In this document: in pieces, positions 56,230-60,813 of the stretch | Layout: every line of letters begins with the position of its first letter | How positions within the stretch are numbered: position 1 is the stretch's first letter | Assembly (NCBI GenBank): GCA_964485485.1 | Contig: CAZAJW010000234.1 | Location: 1-60,813 of the forward strand | Direction of reading: 5' to 3' | Source of the DNA: an uncultured Atribacterota bacterium | Lineage (GTDB): Bacteria; Atribacterota; Phoenicimicrobiia; Phoenicimicrobiales; Stramentimicrobiaceae | DNA: 60,813 nucleotides | Notes under the pieces: generated by a model | Seen by the model: only the letters and a program-made list of their open reading frames with translations | Told to the model about the DNA's origin: nothing | Database searches by the model: none | Position numbers and translations under genes: made by a program

Positions 56230-58353
56230 TCATCTTGATTCACCCTTGGCAAGGGCAATCTTGGATAAATCTGCCACACTATAGTACATGTTTGTGATAT
56301 TTTTTAATAGTGCTAAACGATTATTCCTGATTAATTCATCTTTATCCATTACCAACACGCTATCAAAAAACGAGTTAATAGGTTCAGTCATTAATTCTAA
56401 ATAATCAAATATTTTATCATATTCTTGTTTCAAAACTGCTTTTTCAATTTTGTCACTTATTTTAAGGTAATTTTTATAAAGAATATCTTCTTCTTTTTCT
56501 TGAAATATTGTACAGTTTATCTCATTTGTTCGGGCATTTTTGGACAAGTTAAACGTTCTTGTTGCTGCGGTAATAATTTTATTGAATTTCGTATAGTTAT
56601 ATATATTTTGAATCACCTTTATTCTTAACAACGTATCGATAATAGTTGGAGGACTTTTTACTAAAACAGCATCAATTACATCGTAATTATAACCTCTTTC
56701 AATAAGTAAATATCGAAATCTTTGAAAAATAAAATCTTTAATTTTAAAAGCCAATTCATTATTATTTATACTATTTTTTAAAATGTTGTTTTCTTTTAAT
56801 AATAACTCAATGTTTAAATTAATAATCTCATCCAGGGGAAAATCCATATTGTTAAAGATAAGAGTATTTATGATGCCCAAAGCTTGCCTTCTCAAGGCAT
56901 AAGGATCTTGAGAACCATCAGGAATATTATTATTGACAAAACATGCTGTAATATTATCGATCTTATCGGCGATACTTAGAATTTTACCACTAATTGTTTT
57001 AGGTAAATCATCATCTGAAAATCTTGGTAGATAATGCTCAAAGATACTTTCTGCAACTTGCCTATCTTCTCCTTGCAAAATTGCATATTCTTTACCCATA
57101 ATACCTTGTAATTCAGGGAATTCCTTAACCATCTCAGTAACTAGGTCCGACTTGCATAACTGGGCTGATCTTTTTATTACTTCTAATTGATGATTAATTA
57201 ATTGTATTTTTGTTCCAATTGCTTCTACTAAAGCAATTAATCTTTCTACTTTATTAAACATAGAACCCAAATTTTCTTGATAGACAATATTTTTCAGCTT
57301 TTCCAAATTATTATCAAGTGGTTTTATGTTCTTAGCGGTAACTTTTTGGTCTTCTTGATAGAAAAACCTGGCATCTTCCAATCTAGCTTTTAAGACTTTC
57401 TCATTACCACGAATAATAATGTCTTTATATTTATCTTCATTACCATTAATTACAACGAAAAAATATGGCAATATGTATCCTTCTTTCGAGTAAGCAGGAA
57501 AATATTTTTGATGTTTTATCATCACAGATTTTAATACTTCAGAAGGTAATTCTAAGTAATTTTTATCAAATTGACCCAGTAAAACTCGTGGATATTCAAC
57601 TAAATTCTTTACTTCATCAAGCAATGTTTGGTTTATATAATCTCTTCCGGATATGCCTTTGGTTATTTCCTTAATTTGATTAGATATTATTTTTTTTCTT
57701 TCATCAGGGTCAATAATTACAAAACAATTATTCATTATTTTAAAATATCTATCTACTGAATTTATTGATTCGGATTTTGGAGAAAGTAAACGGTGACCAA
57801 AGGTATTACAATCAGAATTTAATTTTTCTAAATTAAAATGAATGATTTTATCATTGTATAGAGCTAATAACCATCTTATTGGTCTTATAAATCGGAAAGA
57901 AACATCACCCCATCGCATGGACTTAGGAAAGTTTAAACTAACAATTACTTTGAGAAGTATTTCTGGAAGTAAGGTCTCGGTTTTTTTACCTTTTACTATT
58001 TTTTGGGCAAATAAATATTCACCTTTTCCTGTTTTTTCTATTATAAGTTTTTCCACTTCTATATTATTAGCTTGAGCAAATTTTAGTGCAGGTTTTCGGG
58101 GATTACCATCCTTGTCAAAAGAAATATTTTTTGAAGGACCTTTAACTTTTTTAAAAATATCTTCTTGCTGAGAATTTATATTTTCTATATAAACGATAAG
58201 TCTTCTAGGTGTACCATAGGTCTTGATATGACTATATTCAATATAAAACTTTCTTAACTCATTTCTGGCAAGGCTTCTTAAGTCAGTTAGCGCTTTGTCT
58301 ATATATATAGAAGGTATTTCTTCTGTACCTATTTCCAAAATAACTTTATTCAT
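56230..58353 (-). CDS. glyS: Glycine--tRNA ligase beta subunit
   Basis: 707 aa starting with LEIGTEEIPS, immediately after glyQ with no gap. Confidence 0.95.
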   Translation of the reverse strand: MNKVILEIGTEEIPSIYIDKALTDLRSLARNELRKFYIEYSHIKTYGTPRRLIVYIENINSQQEDIFKKVKGPSKNISFDKDGNPRKPALKFAQANNIEVEKLIIEKTGKGEYLFAQKIVKGKKTETLLPEILLKVIVSLNFPKSMRWGDVSFRFIRPIRWLLALYNDKIIHFNLEKLNSDCNTFGHRLLSPKSESINSVDRYFKIMNNCFVIIDPDERKKIISNQIKEITKGISGRDYINQTLLDEVKNLVEYPRVLLGQFDKNYLELPSEVLKSVMIKHQKYFPAYSKEGYILPYFFVVINGNEDKYKDIIIRGNEKVLKARLEDARFFYQEDQKVTAKNIKPLDNNLEKLKNIVYQENLGSMFNKVERLIALVEAIGTKIQLINHQLEVIKRSAQLCKSDLVTEMVKEFPELQGIMGKEYAILQGEDRQVAESIFEHYLPRFSDDDLPKTISGKILSIADKIDNITACFVNNNIPDGSQDPYALRRQALGIINTLIFNNMDFPLDEIINLNIELLLKENNILKNSINNNELAFKIKDFIFQRFRYLLIERGYNYDVIDAVLVKSPPTIIDTLLRIKVIQNIYNYTKFNKIITAATRTFNLSKNARTNEINCTIFQEKEEDILYKNYLKISDKIEKAVLKQEYDKIFDYLELMTEPINSFFDSVLVMDKDELIRNNRLALLKNITNMYYSVADLSKIALAKGESR

Positions 58354-59229
58354 CTATAATTCCTTTTTTAATAGGGGATATCCTAATTTCTCTCTTTGCT
58401 CAATATAATATTTTGCACATAGTTTAGCCAATTCCCTTACTCTTGAGATGTAGCCGGTTCTTTCGGTAACACTAATTGCGCCCCTCGCTTCTAAAAGATT
58501 AAATGTATGAGAACATTTTAAAGCATAATCATATGCAGGTATTGCTAATTTTTTTGAAATAAGTTGGAGCGATTCTTTTTCAAATATTTTGAATAAGGAA
58601 AACAACATATTTACATCAGCTTCTTCAAAATTGTATTTAGACTGTTCGAACTCTGCTTGATGCTGTATTTCCCCATAAGTAATATTTTCACTCCAAAGAA
58701 GATTATATATGTTTTCCTTTTGTTGTACTACCATAGCAAGCCTTTCTATTCCGTAAGTGATTTCTATGGATACGGGATTTAAATCAATTCCACCAGCCTG
58801 TTGAAAATAAGTAAATTGGGTAATTTCCAAACCATCTACAATAACTTCCCAACCTAAGCCCCATGCACCTAATGTCGGAGCCTCCCAATCACCTTCCATA
58901 AACCTAATATCATGTTCTCTTCTATGTATACCAATTTGATCAAGACTTTCTAGATACAAATCCTGTATATTTTCAGGAGAAGGTTTTATAATAACTTGAA
59001 ATTGATAATGCTGTTGAACACGATTGGGATTTTCACCATAACGACCATCAGATGGTCTCCTGGAAGGTTCAACATAAGCAGTTTTCCATGGTTCTGGGCC
59101 GAGAACACGTAGAAAAGTAGCAGGATTCATTGTACCTGCACCAACTTCAGTGTCATAGGCATTTAAAATAATACAACCTTTTTCACTCCAATATTTTTCT
59201 AAGTTAAAAATTATTTCCTGAATATTCAA
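58354..59229 (-). CDS. glyQ: Glycine--tRNA ligase alpha subunit (TTG start)
   Basis: Strong GlyQ similarity ([26 protein letters not shown]). The tracked ORF starts at ATG 59289, but homologues begin at the position of TTG 59229. That gives (M)[13 protein letters not shown] against Bacillus MNIQDMILTLQKHW (from memory), with AAAAGGA upstream. Confidence 0.92.
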   Translation of the reverse strand: MNIQEIIFNLEKYWSEKGCIILNAYDTEVGAGTMNPATFLRVLGPEPWKTAYVEPSRRPSDGRYGENPNRVQQHYQFQVIIKPSPENIQDLYLESLDQIGIHRREHDIRFMEGDWEAPTLGAWGLGWEVIVDGLEITQFTYFQQAGGIDLNPVSIEITYGIERLAMVVQQKENIYNLLWSENITYGEIQHQAEFEQSKYNFEEADVNMLFSLFKIFEKESLQLISKKLAIPAYDYALKCSHTFNLLEARGAISVTERTGYISRVRELAKLCAKYYIEQREKLGYPLLKKEL

Positions 59230-59273
59230 ATATATAGTCCTTTTTTCTAATATAATTCTTCTAATATAAACAA

Positions 59274-59332
59274 AATCCCTCTCCACCATGTTATGCTATT
59301 TATCTATATACAAGTTTCTATCGAGAGGGACT
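59274..59332 (-). promoter_or_regulatory. glyQS leader hairpin with trailing T-run (possible attenuator)
   Basis: On the minus strand AGTCCCTCTC (59332-59323) pairs with GAGAGGGATT (59283-59274) across a ~39-nt AT-rich loop. The 3' arm runs directly into TTTTGTTT. The element lies between the candidate promoter and the TTG start. Confidence 0.3.
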
Positions 59333-59345
59333 TTTTATCCTTATA

Positions 59346-59374
59346 AATATAACAAAATCATTTTATGATGTCAA
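59346..59374 (-). promoter_or_regulatory. Candidate SigA-type promoter of glyQS
   Basis: The minus strand reads TTGACA (59374-59369), a 17-nt spacer (tcataaaatgattttgt), then TATATT (59351-59346), about 115 nt upstream of the glyQ TTG start. Confidence 0.5.
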
Positions 59375-59661
59375 AAAAAGATTAAGAAAATTTAATATAT
59401 TAAAACATTTATTCCTACTTATTTTAGCATCAAGGCAATAACATCTTCCCTGAGATATTATTCGAGGCCCCAAAAATATGTAATATAGTTTTGAAATATA
59501 AAATAAAGCGATACTATTATGCTATCCAATCCCTTAATTAAGACCCAAATATATAGGAAGTTAGTTTTTAAGATGAAGCATCTTATCCCAAGGGTTCTCA
59601 GGAGGAAATATTCGTCTCGAATATCCTGAAAAGAATCTTTTTGGCAATCGCGTATTTAATA

Positions 59662-60423
59662 TTACTTAATTGTTTTTATTCTATCTATAAATTGTTTGGT
59701 TTTATTTTCTATTTCAAAATGATATAACATATATCGATTTGTGATTTCTACTAATTCGCCTAATTCAGATTGTGAAACTTTTTTATTATGAATCATTGAT
59801 AAATCAGCAGCTAATACCCTTTTTAATAATCTCAGGCAATAATCAGTTATTTTAATCTGATAGTAATTGTTATTCAATTGACAGGAACTACAGATTAAGC
59901 CTCCTTTTTGAATATCAAAAACATAATATTTATTTTCTTTAATATTGCTATAACAATGAATGCATTTATTTAACTCAGGTTGATATCCTAAAATGGAAAA
60001 TAATTTCCATTGAAAGGATACCAGTAAAAGAGTAGCATTTTTTTCATCTTTTAACAACATTAATACATCTTTAAATAAGATATAAATATATTCATTAGGA
60101 TCTTCATCTTCTGTTATCTTATCAATAATTTCTGCACATTGAATAGCTATCCCATAGTTTATTAAATCTTTGGATTGAAGAAAAAAAGAGCTAATAATTT
60201 CAGTTTGACTTACAATATTTAAATTTTTACCCTTGAAAGCCATTATTTTTACCAGTGTTAAGTTCTCCAGACTACTACCAAATTGGCTTTTTGTTTTTCT
60301 AATACCTTTCGCAATTGCTCTTATTTTTCCATAATGACGACTGAATATAGTTATAATTTTATCAGATTCATTAAGCTTGATATTTTTAAGTACTATTCCG
60401 TCAGTTTGAAATAAACGATTCAT
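59662..60423 (-). CDS. recO: DNA repair protein RecO
   Basis: 253 aa with an N-terminal OB fold (DGIVLKNIKLNESDKIITIFSRHYGK) and a CxxC...CxxC zinc motif. The recO-glyQS order matches Bacillus. Confidence 0.9.
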   Translation of the reverse strand: MNRLFQTDGIVLKNIKLNESDKIITIFSRHYGKIRAIAKGIRKTKSQFGSSLENLTLVKIMAFKGKNLNIVSQTEIISSFFLQSKDLINYGIAIQCAEIIDKITEDEDPNEYIYILFKDVLMLLKDEKNATLLLVSFQWKLFSILGYQPELNKCIHCYSNIKENKYYVFDIQKGGLICSSCQLNNNYYQIKITDYCLRLLKRVLAADLSMIHNKKVSQSELGELVEITNRYMLYHFEIENKTKQFIDRIKTIK

Positions 60424-60493
60424 TGTTTAATCAAAACCCCTATTGTTATAACATTGAAATATTGTATTATATTTCTTTTATGCTCTAGTTATC

Positions 60494-60727
60494 AGATATT
60501 GTCCCCGCATAGCTGGTAGCTCTAAGAACTTCTAAAAGGGGTCAATTATCTGTTTAGTTTTAGTTAACCTTTTTTCTACTATTTTAACTGAAATATTTAC
60601 AAGTAATATAACTCTTTTAGATTTTAGATGAAAAATGATCATATGGATTATCTAGATATTTTTATGGTTAAATTTTCATTTAACCATTACCAACTTCTAA
60701 GAAGGTGGTTTTTCATGGTTAAATAAA
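60494..60727 (+). repeat. Mosaic intergenic repeat, full-length but most divergent copy (A-B-C-D-E)
   Basis: AGATATTGTCCCCGcatagCTGGTAGC...CTTCTAAAAGGGG...TTTTAACTGAAATATTTACAAGTAATATAACTC...TATCTAGATATTTTTATGGTTAAATTTTCATTTAACCATTACCAACTTCTAAGAAGGTGGTTTTTCATGGTTAAATAAA. Confidence 0.85.
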
Positions 60728-60813
60728 CGGATTGGGAAGTAATTTATTCGCCTTTTTTATTTTAATTTCATTATGGAGGTTTGTCATTATAACATCCATC
60801 TCTGGTGAAAACT

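Noticed and set aside
59230-59289. 20-codon N-terminal extension of glyQ from ATG 59289.
   Set aside because: Homologues start at the position of TTG 59229. The extension overlaps the leader hairpin and T-run and has no SD.
59229-59661. Expected glycine T-box riboswitch upstream of glyQS.
   Set aside because: I could not find the conserved T-box sequence, a GGC specifier in a plausible Stem I, or AG-bulge and distal-loop motifs. AATTAAGGGATTGGATAGC near 59525-59545 (minus strand) only loosely resembles the T-box. It lies upstream of the best promoter and has no adjacent antiterminator/terminator pair. An Infernal scan is needed to be sure.
4436-60727. Whether the recurring repeats could be a CRISPR array, or the remains of one.
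   Set aside because: The copies are kilobases apart in separate intergenic regions, vary in length and module content, and have no regular repeat-spacer periodicity. There are no cas genes.
4436-60727. Whether the repeat is an insertion sequence or a classical TIR-type MITE.
   Set aside because: No copy contains an ORF and the longest is 239 bp. The two ends are not inverted repeats of each other, and I see no flanking target-site duplication. An IS200/IS605- or RAYT-related non-autonomous origin remains possible but is unproven.
60719-60813. Minus-strand reading frame open from the window edge to TAA at 60719-60721 (..FSPEMDVIMTNLHNEIKIKKANKLLPNPFI*). It could be the 3' end of the gene upstream of recO, which is often era.
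   Set aside because: Only 30 codons are visible and the sequence has no recognisable similarity to Era or any other family. Other frames close earlier, so I cannot call a feature. It is mentioned only because its stop falls inside the repeat.

Overview
This is a visibly AT-rich bacterial chromosomal segment (roughly 30% GC by eye, not computed) with Bacillota/Firmicutes-like gene order. It holds 58 protein-coding genes, 56 of them on the minus strand, and almost all are housekeeping. In window order they are: an archaeal-type V-ATPase operon (G/H-I-K-E-C-F-A-B), a lone GT2 glycosyltransferase, ispG-rseP-dxr-cdsA-uppS-frr-pyrH-tsf-rpsB, hslUV-xerC-topA, plsY, der, rpe, comM, yraN, rnhB, rplS-trmD-KH-rpsP-ffh-ftsY-smc-rnc-acpP-fapR, rpmF, pta, tmcAL, coaD, rsmD, rpmB, ispH, cmk, rluB, scpBA, trpS, an M50 protease, a DHH-CBS-CCA fusion, pdp, a membrane pyrophosphatase, ppdK, glyQS and recO. 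I found no rRNA, tRNA, CRISPR array, transposase, prophage or defence genes. The main signal not explained by gene annotation is at least ten copies of a modular, non-coding 65-240 bp intergenic repeat. Its modules are an A hairpin, a B hairpin, a C core, a D module and an E long palindrome. Every copy is oriented with local transcription, several copies supply stop codons to neighbouring genes, one lies inside the V-ATPase operon, and the core carries promoter-like hexamers. I do not recognise it as a named repeat or RNA family. Secondary observations: a Na+-binding signature in the V-ATPase K subunit together with a K+-dependent-type pyrophosphatase; two conserved genes (ftsY, scpB) that seem to need ATT start codons; a TTG-started glyQ behind a promoter plus hairpin leader with no recognisable T-box; fapR next to acpP without plsX/fab genes; and a DHH-CBS-CCA-type nucleotidyltransferase fusion.
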